From the IMG/VR virus record IMGVR_UViG_3300020360_000085, positions 186,520-250,519 of that record: a stretch of DNA of 64,000 bases, one strand, 5' to 3'. This stretch comes from a virus (lineage: Duplodnaviria > Caudoviricetes). Position numbers and translations under genes: made by a program. Shown piece after piece: positions 16,836-27,224 of this stretch. Below the pieces are notes generated by a model. That model was not told the DNA's origin. It worked only from the letters and a program-made list of their open reading frames with translations, and searched no databases. Each line of letters starts with the position of its first letter. The first letter of the stretch is position 1.

Positions 16836-19517
16836 TCATAATTCGAAAAATTTTTGTAATGTTTCACTCTCCGTTGTTTTACTTAATTCAAATCCTAAAG
16901 GACCTAAAACGTTTTCTACTTTTTTGTCCACAACACTTTCTTCCATTGCTTCTTCATCAAAGGGCAACTCCTTAAACCATTGTGGCAAATTTAATTCATC
17001 TGTAGGGTATGCAACACTAGTATAACCCATAGGATTATTTTTAAGTTTACAAACAACTACCTTCATACCATCAGTTATAGGCAGACTGTAGTTATCACTG
17101 TTTGCTTGTCTTAAATTATTCCAATTTATACTTGCCCTGACATGCCCAGGAATCATGTTACTTTGTCCTTCATTTTTTACAGCATCTAACTTATGCAATC
17201 TGTAATTTTCAGGCACTTTAGCCTTAGCCATTAGTTTTGCGGTGTACATTGTAACATTATTAGCACGTTTAGGCATACCTTTTTTCCAAGGATCTAAACT
17301 TTTAAAGTAATCTTTAAAGTCTCTAATTTTTTGTATTGCATGTTCTTCTCCCATACCTTTTAAGGAGTCAATTAATACTTCCTCTAAAAAGTCTTGAATA
17401 AATTCAGGAGTATCAGAACGTTTTATTTCTAATCCCATTGCCTTAAGTTTGCCACCCTCAGGCTGATATCCTTCTATATCTAAACACAGTATTGCGTACC
17501 TTTTCTTTGTTAAAAATAGTCCTGATCTGCCTACTACTTCTCTTCCTGCTTTCATTACTTGTCCAGTGTCTAAAGGAACATTAAAAGTATCTTTTAGATA
17601 TTGCGGAAAAGTTTCACTTACATTTTCAGATATATGATCATACAATTTTATTGCACTATCCATTTCCAGTTTTTCACCTTCAGGTAAGGCCGGAGTAGCA
17701 GTAAAGTAAACAGAATCTGTGTCTCCATATATAATACAATCTCCTTCATGATCATATTCTCCAGTCAACATAAGATTAGTTTGAGCCCCCATATGCCTAG
17801 TAATGCTCCTGCCAGTTAGTGTAGTACTTTGTCCTATACGTTTGTCATAAAATCTACAACCAGGATTTAGTATTGCACCATATAAACTATTAAGTTGAAT
17901 CTTTTTAACTAACTGCCTTTTATCCCAAAAAGCAATCTCTTCAGACGTTGTTGCTTCTTTTTTCTTCTTTTGCATTTGTTGTCTTTCTGCATACCAACGT
18001 TCTAATAAGCCAGGCACAATGCCTTGGAAGTCTGTTTTAAATATTGTGCCATTTGCACTTATATTCCAAGGTTGCCCACTATTAAAAACTAAATTGTAAA
18101 CATCAGCACCTGTAACTTTATGTGTAGATCCATCTTCCATATCCAAATCCATCATATGATCTACATCTTTATTTTTAACAAACTCATATTCATCTGTTCC
18201 AAACTTGCCATGCCAAGCATCACTAAATGTTTTTTTCTCTAACTTCATTGCATTAGTAATTGTTTCTTCTGTATAATCCAAACGTAACTGCCCAACAATA
18301 GTTTCAGGCGCCATATTTAAGGCCCTAAATACACTAGGATACAGACTGTTTAAGTCCATACTGCCTACCCATTCATGAAAACCTTTTTTAGGAGTTGCCA
18401 CAAAGGCACCAGCCGCCTGATCTCTTTCTGATGCTTTAGGTCTGTCAGGAACTACAAACTCCCTCCTGTGTGCTTCATTAATAATTGCTTGTTCTGTTGT
18501 TGCTACCGCCCCCATTGTTGCCGGCAATAGTATTGTATTTTCATGTGCAATAATATTTGCAAGATCGATAAACATTAATTTTTTATCCATTTTTGCAAGT
18601 AGCATAACGTCTTGTATGTTGTATTCTAAAAATTTTACAAAGTCATAATTGTAAAGTCTATCTAGACTACCTTCATAAGGGACTTTTTTCTCCCCTATTT
18701 CCATTTCCCCTATATAGTCTAGCCTATAACTATGTCGTTCCTCATAATTGTATTTCCTATATAAGTTCAGGTAGTCTAGATGAACTCGACCTACTAGGTC
18801 ATAACTGACAACTTCTTTGCCATATTGCTCAAACTTCCTTTCTTTAGGAAGTTTTTTCATAAGGCACAGTCGCCTAGTTTCTGCTTTACCCATTACTCTG
18901 GTAATTCTGTTTACTATGTAAGGTATATCATAACCTTCACTGTTCCAACCACTTATAATATCTGCGTCATCTATAAGTGTAAGAAAAGCATCTAGCATTT
19001 CTTTTTCTGTTTTATATAAAATAACTTCAGGCATATCCTTTGTCATTTCATTTGCTTGTTCAAAAGATATCCTTTTAGGAGGAACAGCAAGACATATCAT
19101 TGTCTCCATCCAATCTAAATATATTCCTATTGCAGTAATAATAGAATAGGGATCTTGAGGACTACTATATCCTCTGCTAGGATCAAAGTCTGATTCTATA
19201 TCTATAAATGCTGTTTGTAATTTAGGAGCAGGAGAATTAGTATAATTATCTGCAAGTGTTTTGTTAAGAGGCCTTATATCACTTTCATAAAGACCGTTGT
19301 GTTTGTTTATGCCTACATTCTTTTTAAAATCTTTTATGTTTGTGCAACGAACTTCTGTTACAGGATCACCATATATACTTTTAGTTTTGCCATTAGGATC
19401 TTTATAATAAAAATTGTGTACAGGTTTAAGTTCTTTTACAACTCTTTCTCCATCCACACGTTCTACGACTGTTACAACGTCTTTCGATTGTTCGTAAAAT
19501 GCGTCTACATAACTCAT
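16836..19517 (-). CDS. Family B DNA polymerase (gp43-like)
   Basis: Exo motifs FIDIE, WNSEGYD, YNIQD; polymerase motifs DLNSLYPS, KIQLNSLYG, YGDTDS. Confidence 0.97.
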   Translation of the reverse strand: MSYVDAFYEQSKDVVTVVERVDGERVVKELKPVHNFYYKDPNGKTKSIYGDPVTEVRCTNIKDFKKNVGINKHNGLYESDIRPLNKTLADNYTNSPAPKLQTAFIDIESDFDPSRGYSSPQDPYSIITAIGIYLDWMETMICLAVPPKRISFEQANEMTKDMPEVILYKTEKEMLDAFLTLIDDADIISGWNSEGYDIPYIVNRITRVMGKAETRRLCLMKKLPKERKFEQYGKEVVSYDLVGRVHLDYLNLYRKYNYEERHSYRLDYIGEMEIGEKKVPYEGSLDRLYNYDFVKFLEYNIQDVMLLAKMDKKLMFIDLANIIAHENTILLPATMGAVATTEQAIINEAHRREFVVPDRPKASERDQAAGAFVATPKKGFHEWVGSMDLNSLYPSVFRALNMAPETIVGQLRLDYTEETITNAMKLEKKTFSDAWHGKFGTDEYEFVKNKDVDHMMDLDMEDGSTHKVTGADVYNLVFNSGQPWNISANGTIFKTDFQGIVPGLLERWYAERQQMQKKKKEATTSEEIAFWDKRQLVKKIQLNSLYGAILNPGCRFYDKRIGQSTTLTGRSITRHMGAQTNLMLTGEYDHEGDCIIYGDTDSVYFTATPALPEGEKLEMDSAIKLYDHISENVSETFPQYLKDTFNVPLDTGQVMKAGREVVGRSGLFLTKKRYAILCLDIEGYQPEGGKLKAMGLEIKRSDTPEFIQDFLEEVLIDSLKGMGEEHAIQKIRDFKDYFKSLDPWKKGMPKRANNVTMYTAKLMAKAKVPENYRLHKLDAVKNEGQSNMIPGHVRASINWNNLRQANSDNYSLPITDGMKVVVCKLKNNPMGYTSVAYPTDELNLPQWFKELPFDEEAMEESVVDKKVENVLGPLGFELSKTTESETLQKFFEL

Positions 19518-19540
19518 AGATAGGCTACCTGTAAAATGTT

Positions 19541-19568
19541 ATTATATAACTTATTTGGAAATTGTCAA
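19541..19568 (-). promoter_or_regulatory. sigma70-type promoter for DNA polymerase
   Basis: TTGACA-N16-TATAAT. Confidence 0.8.
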
Positions 19569-19571
19569 CGA

Positions 19572-19835
19572 TTATAATGTCTTACCAACAACTTCCAAAA
19601 TAGTTTCTAACTCATCGAAATTATCCCTCTCATCGGTAAATTTCGCCTTGTGAGCAACCTTAATGGCCTTCATAAGAATGCCAGGTTTTAACTCCATTTC
19701 TTCTGCTATTGCTTTGACAGTTTCTCTTAATCCTGTGTTAAGAGCGTCAACTTCGTGTAATACTTGATCGCCTTCTTGCACTAATTTTTTTAGTCTAGCG
19801 ATTTCTTCTTGATTGAATACTTTATTGAACGACAT
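19572..19835 (-). CDS. T4 DsbA/GapR-like dsDNA-binding protein
   Basis: Helical 87 aa; LRETVKAIAEEMELKPGILMKAIK pattern. Confidence 0.65.
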   Translation of the reverse strand: MSFNKVFNQEEIARLKKLVQEGDQVLHEVDALNTGLRETVKAIAEEMELKPGILMKAIKVAHKAKFTDERDNFDELETILEVVGKTL

Positions 19836-19876
19836 ATTTATTCCTTTATATACTTTTATTTAATTGATTAAATTAT

Positions 19877-19904
19877 AGTATAACAGGATTTCTGGCTATG
19901 TCAA
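19877..19904 (-). promoter_or_regulatory. sigma70-type promoter
   Basis: TTGACA-N16-TATACT. Confidence 0.75.
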
Positions 19905-20102
19905 GATATTTACTTGTATTCCTAAAGGATTTGTGTTAGGTAGGTCAGGAGTGTAATTTTTTACTTCAATGTTAAACACACTTTTATAACCAGGAGGTTG
20001 TATAAAAGATAGTTCATTAAGTATGTTTCTATCTCTTACTCTATTTCCTTGCTTATCAAAAACTACGAATTCGTTTGCTAGATAATGTACTTCTAGAATC
20101 AT
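19896..20102 (-). CDS. Hypothetical protein
   Basis: ORF track. Confidence 0.65.
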   Translation of the reverse strand: MILEVHYLANEFVVFDKQGNRVRDRNILNELSFIQPPGYKSVFNIEVKNYTPDLPNTNPLGIQVNILT

Positions 20103-20407
20103 ACCTCAACAGAGGCTTCGAAAGTAAATTGAGTATCGTCAAATTCTTCAAAAAGCATTTCAGATATCTTATCACCTTCGTCAGCATCTATCTCCTCTAA
20201 CAAAATAATTTCATATATCCACATAAGACCTTCTGAGTCCTCACTAGTATATGCAATTACTTCTATGCCTACTTTTGATTTTTCTTCATCATAGGCAACT
20301 AATACTTTTGTAGGTACAACACTTTGAACAATGTCGTGATAAGTTATGACGTCCTGATCATCTAACTCGTCTCTACATAATATTCTTACAAAGTGTTTTA
20401 TAAACAT
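20099..20407 (-). CDS. Acidic hypothetical protein
   Basis: ORF track. Confidence 0.7.
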   Translation of the reverse strand: MFIKHFVRILCRDELDDQDVITYHDIVQSVVPTKVLVAYDEEKSKVGIEVIAYTSEDSEGLMWIYEIILLEEIDADEGDKISEMLFEEFDDTQFTFEASVEV

Positions 20408-20409
20408 GA

Positions 20410-20709
20410 TTAATCGCTTTTATCTTTATCTGTTCCTGCATACAAACCAAACCAGGCCGCACCAGCACCAACAATAATACTTATCAAACCAGATTGTTCT
20501 AATGTTGGTTCTTCGAGTCCCATAAACCACATAGTGGAATAATACAGTAAAAATACATAAACACTTAAAAATAAACGTGGAAAAATTCTCCATGCGTCTA
20601 CGGCTCTTGCCATATGTATCCAACCCTGATAAGGATTTTTACTACTGTCTACTGTTTTTGTATCAACCTCTAGGTCTATTTGTACAGTTCGTTTTTCAAT
20701 GTCTGCCAT
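20410..20709 (-). CDS. Two-TM membrane protein (holin-like, unproven)
   Basis: WRIFPRLF followed by two hydrophobic helices; AAGGAG RBS. Confidence 0.6.
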   Translation of the reverse strand: MADIEKRTVQIDLEVDTKTVDSSKNPYQGWIHMARAVDAWRIFPRLFLSVYVFLLYYSTMWFMGLEEPTLEQSGLISIIVGAGAAWFGLYAGTDKDKSD

Positions 20710-20741
20710 TGTTACTCTCCTTTTAAAACTGTGTGTATTAC

Positions 20742-20757
20742 TATTTATCTATAAATA
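20742..20757. promoter_or_regulatory. Back-to-back divergent late promoter motifs
   Basis: TATTTAT-CT-ATAAATA between divergent genes. Confidence 0.65.
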
Positions 20758-20762
20758 TTGAT

Positions 20763-22061
20763 ATGATTCAGATAGTAGTAGAACATATATCAGATAACAG
20801 TTTTCTTACTATTAATGACATGGTAGATCATAAAATATCTGAATATTCACGTGTACAAGAAAATAATAACTGGAGAGAAAGCAACCAATTATCCTGGAAT
20901 AAAAAATTTTTTAATGGTAAACACTTTAAGGTTATAACTTTAGATGAATATGATAGTAGTATTCCAGCACTTTATCTAGTAAATTTAAATCATTGTGTAG
21001 ATAGATTTAATCCTACTTGGGTACGATTATTAAGGGAGGATACTGTAAAATTTTTAAGAACTACAAATATGCCTATAATATTATCTCAACCTATAGAGCA
21101 TACATATGATTTTATTTCTCAGTCGCATGGAGAAAACAGGCTGTCAGAAAGTTTAAATTTTTTAGATCATTTGCTTTGTGAAAGAGGTTTGCGGACTAAT
21201 GATATATTAATACATGGCATATCAAAAATACATAGAAAATCTTGGACATTAAATCAAAGAAGACTAACAGACGTATTTTCCTATCATTTTTTAGACGAAG
21301 CAAAAAATTACAATGAATATGGCAACTCTATAAAATTTCAAGAACATGTAGAGAATTTTGATAATAAACAGAAAAAATTTATATGTTTAAATAGAGTGCC
21401 TAGAGAAATCCGGACTTTATCTTTTTTAAAAAATAGAAAATTTTTAGATAATAGTTATTACACCTTTTTAGGTGAAGAGCCTCCTTGGAGACAAATGTCA
21501 CCACATGAACTGAATATCAGATTTGAAGAGTCTTGCAAATCTAATCCTGATTTAGAGTCTTTAATTAAATACAAAAATGAAATTATACACATGATACCAT
21601 TAACATTACCAGGAGACGATACTACAAATCAAAGAGAAAATTCAGATTTAAATCAATATAGAAAACATGTTTGGTACGAAATAGTAATGGAAACTCATGA
21701 TTATTATTATCACAATATTCCTATGTCTATATTATCTGAAAAAATTACATGGCCTATTTTAAATCATTTGCCATTTTTTACTGTTGGACATCGTATGAAT
21801 AGTTCATTTTTAGAGAAATTAGGATTTCAAACATTTGATGATATATTTTTTACTCCAGGAGAATATAGACATACAGGCACAGATGTTTCAGAACTTTTAA
21901 ATTGCATACACGATGCAATAGAAAATTTTAATAGTAAATGTAATAAAGAAACTTTTATGGAATTAAAAGAAAGGCTAGAATACAATTATAATCATTTGGT
22001 GCAAACAGATTGGTATGAAAGAGAAAAGAACGATTTGTTAAATCCATGGGGATTATATTAA
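20763..22061 (+). CDS. Putative glycosyltransferase-like protein (paralog of 59588 gene)
   Basis: KFICLNRVPR, EIVMET, SEKITWPI...LGFQTFD pattern; start placed at 20763 rather than track 20733. Confidence 0.5.
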   Translation: MIQIVVEHISDNSFLTINDMVDHKISEYSRVQENNNWRESNQLSWNKKFFNGKHFKVITLDEYDSSIPALYLVNLNHCVDRFNPTWVRLLREDTVKFLRTTNMPIILSQPIEHTYDFISQSHGENRLSESLNFLDHLLCERGLRTNDILIHGISKIHRKSWTLNQRRLTDVFSYHFLDEAKNYNEYGNSIKFQEHVENFDNKQKKFICLNRVPREIRTLSFLKNRKFLDNSYYTFLGEEPPWRQMSPHELNIRFEESCKSNPDLESLIKYKNEIIHMIPLTLPGDDTTNQRENSDLNQYRKHVWYEIVMETHDYYYHNIPMSILSEKITWPILNHLPFFTVGHRMNSSFLEKLGFQTFDDIFFTPGEYRHTGTDVSELLNCIHDAIENFNSKCNKETFMELKERLEYNYNHLVQTDWYEREKNDLLNPWGLY

Positions 22062-22870
22062 TCGCTATATCTAAAATTATACATATTATCATTACTCATT
22101 TGTTTTGATATTAAACTACCTATTCTTTTACCACGTAATTTATTAAACTCCTTAACTTTTCTATTATCTTCTTGACTTGTTAAAACCAATTTGCTTTCTA
22201 GTTCTTCTGCGTATTCATCAGATATAGCAAACTCAGGACATATACTTTTTAGATATTGATTATGCATAGTTATAGTAGGATGTGCGTCTACAACATCAGT
22301 ATCTTCATAACTATACCCTGAAAAGAAAGGTTGTTCATGTAAGTATGTATAAAATCCTTTTTTATCTAACTCAAATAAACTTTCTAATGCATCTATATAG
22401 AAATCTAATTCTATACTTTCATAATTCTGTCTTAATTTATTTGTATCAAATCCTTTAAACAAATAAAAATTTATACCTTTAGATTTACAAATTTCCTTTA
22501 TAGACTTTAAACTTGCGTAACTTTGCATTAAACAATAAGCATTACTATATGTGTACTTTAAAAAATCTTCTGAAAATTTACCTTCCTGCCAAACATTACC
22601 GTTGCCTTGCCAACCCCAACTACCAAGTTTACCTTCATGAGGTAGCCATACATCATGTCTTACAAAAGAGGAGGACATTAACATAACTGTATCTCCTTCT
22701 CCTAAGTTAAGAATAGTATCTGCTTCATTAAATATCACATGCATAAATCCGTGACCAGATCCTGCATTACCCAGATTAAAATATTCATCAAAATGTGTGC
22801 CTGCCATGTCGGCCCATGTGGGATAAACGTATTCGGTAAGACTACAGCCAATAGTAATTAATCTACTCAT
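22058..22870 (-). CDS. SGNH-hydrolase-like protein
   Basis: GCSLT block I, NLGNAG block II, DAHP-like C-terminal motif. Confidence 0.55.
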   Translation of the reverse strand: MSRLITIGCSLTEYVYPTWADMAGTHFDEYFNLGNAGSGHGFMHVIFNEADTILNLGEGDTVMLMSSSFVRHDVWLPHEGKLGSWGWQGNGNVWQEGKFSEDFLKYTYSNAYCLMQSYASLKSIKEICKSKGINFYLFKGFDTNKLRQNYESIELDFYIDALESLFELDKKGFYTYLHEQPFFSGYSYEDTDVVDAHPTITMHNQYLKSICPEFAISDEYAEELESKLVLTSQEDNRKVKEFNKLRGKRIGSLISKQMSNDNMYNFRYSD

Positions 22871-22882
22871 ACAAGTATTTAG

Positions 22883-23542
22883 TTACTTGTCTTCTACTAT
22901 TTTAATTCTATTGAGTATTGTTTCTTGTCCGTTGTGATAACGGCCTCTTTTTTGATCTTTAACATAGCCTTCAACTTGAATTGTTTTGCCTACGTTTTGC
23001 ATGTTGCTAGAAAAGAACTTTACAATATGTTTATTATCAACACTAGAAGTAATTAAATAACTCATTGTCCTAGGTATGTATCTGCAAAATTCTACTTTTA
23101 AACTAAATTTACCACGTTTGTTAAGTGTACCAACAGGCTGACTAGATCTTGATAAAACATTTTCTCTGTCAGTCCAGTTATCTTGCTCTAGTTTATTGTA
23201 ATAAACTTTAGGCAAACTAGATGCAATACCTATTTTATCTTTTTCTATATTTTCGCTTGTAACTAATTTGAGAACATTACGTTCAAAATCAGTTAGTTCT
23301 CGTTCTATTGCTTTAAAAGATAGACCTTTAAGATAATCAATAATAGTGTTAGCCATTTCACGATCTTCTTCAGTAATTGCTAAAAAGAACTTTTCTCTGT
23401 AAAAATGATCATATAGTAAATCACTATTGCTTTTTGAATTTTGGTATTTAAGATCGAACTTAACTTGATCTTTTTTAAGAAAACCTTTGTTTAGTCTATG
23501 TGCCGCCGCACTTGCTGATAATACTTCTATTGTTGGGAACAT
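22883..23542 (-). CDS. Hypothetical protein with probable C-terminal OB fold
   Basis: ORF; GKTIQVEGYVK...ETILNRIK pattern. Confidence 0.55.
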   Translation of the reverse strand: MFPTIEVLSASAAAHRLNKGFLKKDQVKFDLKYQNSKSNSDLLYDHFYREKFFLAITEEDREMANTIIDYLKGLSFKAIERELTDFERNVLKLVTSENIEKDKIGIASSLPKVYYNKLEQDNWTDRENVLSRSSQPVGTLNKRGKFSLKVEFCRYIPRTMSYLITSSVDNKHIVKFFSSNMQNVGKTIQVEGYVKDQKRGRYHNGQETILNRIKIVEDK

Positions 23543-23574
23543 TCTTCTCTTTTTCCTTACCTTACTATATATTT

Positions 23575-23602
23575 ATTATAGCAAAAAAAGAGAGTATGTC
23601 AA
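23575..23602 (-). promoter_or_regulatory. sigma70-type promoter
   Basis: TTGACA-N16-TATAAT, TGC extension. Confidence 0.8.
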
Positions 23603-23609
23603 GTATTTT

Positions 23610-23954
23610 TTAAGATTTTTCTGGAAATATTTTTGATAATATATCGTCAGAGCCTTTGTTTAAAAAGCCTTTAACGTTGTTAAGATCTAATATAATTTCT
23701 ATTATTTCAAGATGACCATCGTAACTGTAGTCAACATCTTTAATAATATCTAAAGGATCATTTAATGATATAGTTTTTGGAATATCTGACTTAGGTATTT
23801 CAAATACAAAATTGTCATCGTAACAAAAAGAAATACTGTAAATAAAATCACAAGGCAAAGACTTAGGAAAGAGATCTTTAATTAAACTTTGAAGATTCTC
23901 TCCTTCGTCTGTCCTTTTGCCCATGAGCACTATTTTGGTGCTCTTTCTAGTCAT
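23610..23954 (-). CDS. Hypothetical protein
   Basis: ORF track. Confidence 0.7.
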   Translation of the reverse strand: MTRKSTKIVLMGKRTDEGENLQSLIKDLFPKSLPCDFIYSISFCYDDNFVFEIPKSDIPKTISLNDPLDIIKDVDYSYDGHLEIIEIILDLNNVKGFLNKGSDDILSKIFPEKS

Positions 23955-24529
23955 TATTTGGCTTTAGATTTTTTAGGCTTTAAACTAGGATCTAGTTTAT
24001 ATGCTTCTGCTTTTTTACTCTCTGCGTCTTCCATTAGTTGTTTAGCATCTTGTTCAATCATTTCTGCTTGTACTAATAGTCCTTCTGCCGCACTGGCATC
24101 TCCTGTAACCTCTACTGGGTTTGGAGTTTGCAAAGTGTCAGGATCAACATCAACATTTAATGGTGGATTAGATCCTGTTTCTAATTTGTTAATTTCAGCA
24201 TTAACTTCCTGTAATGATATTTTTTGGCTAGGTGTAGGAGTCAAAAATACCATATCAACTGGAACTTTAATTAACTTTTTACTAAAATGTAAATCATTAA
24301 GTATATTAGTACCGTCACTAAACTGACGTCTTGATAAAACTTCAGATACATTATTAGATTCTTGTGCTTCTAAACTAGCAACAATATTCATTAAATCGTC
24401 GTGTTTAGAATCTTCAAGTGATGCTGATTCAACAATTAAGCAGTTATCTGGTTCATTAGGAACTTCCCTGAATACAACTACGCAAGGTTTTTCTCCATAA
24501 GAACCGACATGTTTCATTAATTCTGCCAT
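23954..24529 (-). CDS. Hypothetical phage protein
   Basis: ORF track, GGAG RBS. Confidence 0.8.
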   Translation of the reverse strand: MAELMKHVGSYGEKPCVVVFREVPNEPDNCLIVESASLEDSKHDDLMNIVASLEAQESNNVSEVLSRRQFSDGTNILNDLHFSKKLIKVPVDMVFLTPTPSQKISLQEVNAEINKLETGSNPPLNVDVDPDTLQTPNPVEVTGDASAAEGLLVQAEMIEQDAKQLMEDAESKKAEAYKLDPSLKPKKSKAK

Positions 24530-24530
24530 A

Positions 24531-24836
24531 TTATTCTCCGTCGTTTGACTCTACAGGTGCTTCTGCTGGTGCTTCACCATCTGCTTCTTGAGCCTGAGTC
24601 TGTTGCTCTGCAACGTACCCTAAAAAATTACTTAGTTTATCGTACACACCACCAACTTGTGATAGTTCGTTGCCTCTAAAGGCACCTCTTTGTGTTGCTA
24701 AATCTACAATCTGTGCTAACAGTTGCAAATCATTTAAACCAATACTCTCTGGTACTTGTTGTCCTTCTTCAGCAGAAACTTCTGGAGCAATTTGCTCCTC
24801 TACTTCCGCTTCATTTGAAATTTGTTCTTCAGCCAT
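24531..24836 (-). CDS. Acidic hypothetical protein
   Basis: ORF, RBS, upstream ATAAATA. Confidence 0.8.
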   Translation of the reverse strand: MAEEQISNEAEVEEQIAPEVSAEEGQQVPESIGLNDLQLLAQIVDLATQRGAFRGNELSQVGGVYDKLSNFLGYVAEQQTQAQEADGEAPAEAPVESNDGE

Positions 24837-24897
24837 TATAACTCCTTATTAATATTTATATTTAACTTAATGGTAATTAAGGTTGTAGGAAAAATGG

Positions 24898-25191
24898 TTA
24901 GTTTTCTTTTCCTATTTCTTTTATACCTTTATCTGTATTGTAAAAGTGTATAAAATTTTGCATATCTAAGGGACTTTCAAAATAAACATAATATGTTACA
25001 TGGCCATATACATTATCACTTTGATAATATACTAAAAATTCAGGAACTTCTTTAATATAGTCTACTATATCTAAGACAGAATCTTTAGAACTCTCTACAC
25101 GAACTTTGTGCCTTAACATAGTAATATATAATTCATTACCATGTAAATTTTCCCAATCATTATCACTAAGGCAAGTCGTTCGATGTATCAT
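24898..25191 (-). CDS. Hypothetical protein
   Basis: ORF track. Confidence 0.65.
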   Translation of the reverse strand: MIHRTTCLSDNDWENLHGNELYITMLRHKVRVESSKDSVLDIVDYIKEVPEFLVYYQSDNVYGHVTYYVYFESPLDMQNFIHFYNTDKGIKEIGKEN

Positions 25192-25819
25192 ACAATCCCT
25201 CAGGTGGATAAGAAATATAATATATTTCTCTTTCTTCTTTTATTATGCCATATAACCAACTTTTGTCTTTAGTTACCTCTGTTATAAGTGTAGCAATATA
25301 TCTAGGCCAGCCTACCACATCTTTAATATGTGCTGGACAAATACCATATGAATCGATACCATTTGCTCTTTGATTTTGTATAATTTGGTAATCTACTGCT
25401 CGTTGCATTTTATATGTTAGTAAATTTTTAAATTCAGGATTTGTGTCTTTTGCAATTTGGCTAGTGATATGTGCTATTTCTCCTTTAAAATTATTTTCTA
25501 TAAGCCAATCAAACACAAATACTTTAAAAAAATTAGTGTCTAAATTGTTTTGATACCATTCATTAAAAATTATTTTTTGCGTATCAACATTTTGATTATG
25601 TATAGGATGATTTAATTCGAAAGGTACACCAACATTAATATTAAACACAACATAGTCAGGAAAAGGTAAATTTTCTTTTGCTTGTTCTATAAATTCGGCA
25701 GGGTTTGTATAATTTACATTTTCCCTGCCTAATTGTGTTACTTTATGACCGTCCTCATGCCATTGGTCTACCATATGCTGACTAAAGTCTGAACTTTTGC
25801 CAAATAACCAAATGTTCAT
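25166..25819 (-). CDS. Short-chain dehydrogenase-like Rossmann protein
   Basis: IWLFGKSSDFS nucleotide loop, VVFNIN, YKMQR (YxxxK-like), YGICPAH. Confidence 0.5.
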   Translation of the reverse strand: MNIWLFGKSSDFSQHMVDQWHEDGHKVTQLGRENVNYTNPAEFIEQAKENLPFPDYVVFNINVGVPFELNHPIHNQNVDTQKIIFNEWYQNNLDTNFFKVFVFDWLIENNFKGEIAHITSQIAKDTNPEFKNLLTYKMQRAVDYQIIQNQRANGIDSYGICPAHIKDVVGWPRYIATLITEVTKDKSWLYGIIKEEREIYYISYPPEGLYDTSNDLP

Positions 25820-27156
25820 TCTTCGTCTTTTCTAGTATAAGGAATAGTTATTCCAAATGGTGCTTCAGGACTTCTGTCTCCATAACCACCATGCACAATA
25901 AACAATGTATCACAGTAATGCTCATCTCCCCAACTTCCATAAGGATAGCCGTCAGTAAACATTACATGCTTCTTAGGAGTAATACCGTTTTCTTTCATGT
26001 AATCAAATACACAATCAAAATCAGTACCGCCACCACCATGCAGTTCGTATTCCATAAACTCGCCCATGTTACCCTGATCAAATACTTGAGGGTTGTAAAC
26101 ATCTGTATCAAAACAAACTAAATGTATTTTAAAGTCTGTGTATTGGTCCATAACACCTTTAACTTCTCCTAAAAAGTCTCTAGCCATATCGTCAAATATA
26201 GAACCTGACATATCCATGGATACAAAAATATCTATTGTTGTTTCCCTATCTAATCCAGGAAAGTAGTAACCTTCTTCTCTACCTTTTCTGCTAGGAGTTT
26301 GCATAGTGTAATCACTTCTCATAACACTTTGTATTTGCATAGCAAGTAATTGTCTCCAATCAAGTTGTGGATTCAAAAACTTATCTAGCAATCTTTTTAC
26401 TCCGCCTGGCAAGTTACCAGCACCTGCCGCCTTGGCGGCCTGCATAGTAGCATTCTGGAACTCTTGTTTTATTTGTTCTTTTTCTTCAGCAGTATATTGT
26501 GCAGGACCGTCTTTGCCTTCCTCGTCTCCATCTGAATTGCCTTTGTTTACAGAGTCAGGACTTGCATCGTCACCTTCCTCTCTATCTAAATGCACATCAA
26601 AAGTATCTTGATTTACTTCAATAATTTGTCCATTTTCCTGCATTTCGTCAAAAAGTTCATCGTAAATTTCTTCAGATATTTTACCTCTGTATTTCCAATC
26701 ATGACATATTTGCACAATTTTTATTTCTTCGCCTACTCTAGCATCAATAAGATCAGCATTAATAACATAATCGTTTGCTATGTTCCATAATACAGGATGT
26801 CTGTCTCCTCTCCTAGTAACATCCATATGATCATATACACAATGTAAAACTTCGTGACCCATAAGGAATACAGTTTCTTCATCGCTTAAAGCACCTACAA
26901 AATGCTTGTTGTAATAAAAATATTTGCCGTCAGTTGCGGCTGTAGGACACCATTCTGTAGCATCTTTAAGGATTAGTCTAGTTGCTAAGTTGCCAAAGAA
27001 AGGTGCTGACATCAGCATTTCTATTCTGGCTTTAATAAGTTTATCTAGTATTTCCTCATCAGAAAGACTAGTTTCTGGTATATCTACTAATGTTTTACTA
27101 GATCTATCAGAAGCATTACCTTTTGCTTTTGGTGTTTTATCTAAAATATCTGTCAT
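25816..27156 (-). CDS. DUF2201-like metallopeptidase + VWA domain protein
   Basis: HEVLH zincin motif, TAATDG, MIDAS DMSGS, GGGGTDF, MFTDG. Confidence 0.88.
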   Translation of the reverse strand: MTDILDKTPKAKGNASDRSSKTLVDIPETSLSDEEILDKLIKARIEMLMSAPFFGNLATRLILKDATEWCPTAATDGKYFYYNKHFVGALSDEETVFLMGHEVLHCVYDHMDVTRRGDRHPVLWNIANDYVINADLIDARVGEEIKIVQICHDWKYRGKISEEIYDELFDEMQENGQIIEVNQDTFDVHLDREEGDDASPDSVNKGNSDGDEEGKDGPAQYTAEEKEQIKQEFQNATMQAAKAAGAGNLPGGVKRLLDKFLNPQLDWRQLLAMQIQSVMRSDYTMQTPSRKGREEGYYFPGLDRETTIDIFVSMDMSGSIFDDMARDFLGEVKGVMDQYTDFKIHLVCFDTDVYNPQVFDQGNMGEFMEYELHGGGGTDFDCVFDYMKENGITPKKHVMFTDGYPYGSWGDEHYCDTLFIVHGGYGDRSPEAPFGITIPYTRKDEE

Positions 27157-27180
27157 AAGTTACTCCTAACTATGTATAAT

Positions 27181-27208
27181 AGTATAGCAAAATTCACAGA
27201 TATGTCAA
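27181..27208 (-). promoter_or_regulatory. sigma70-type promoter
   Basis: TTGACA-N16-TATACT, TGC extension. Confidence 0.8.
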
Positions 27209-27224
27209 GTAGTTTTTTCATTTA

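Noticed and set aside
16836-19517. Possible intron or intein in the DNA polymerase
   Set aside because: ORF is continuous, of normal length, with all motifs in order; no splicing or homing-endonuclease motifs.
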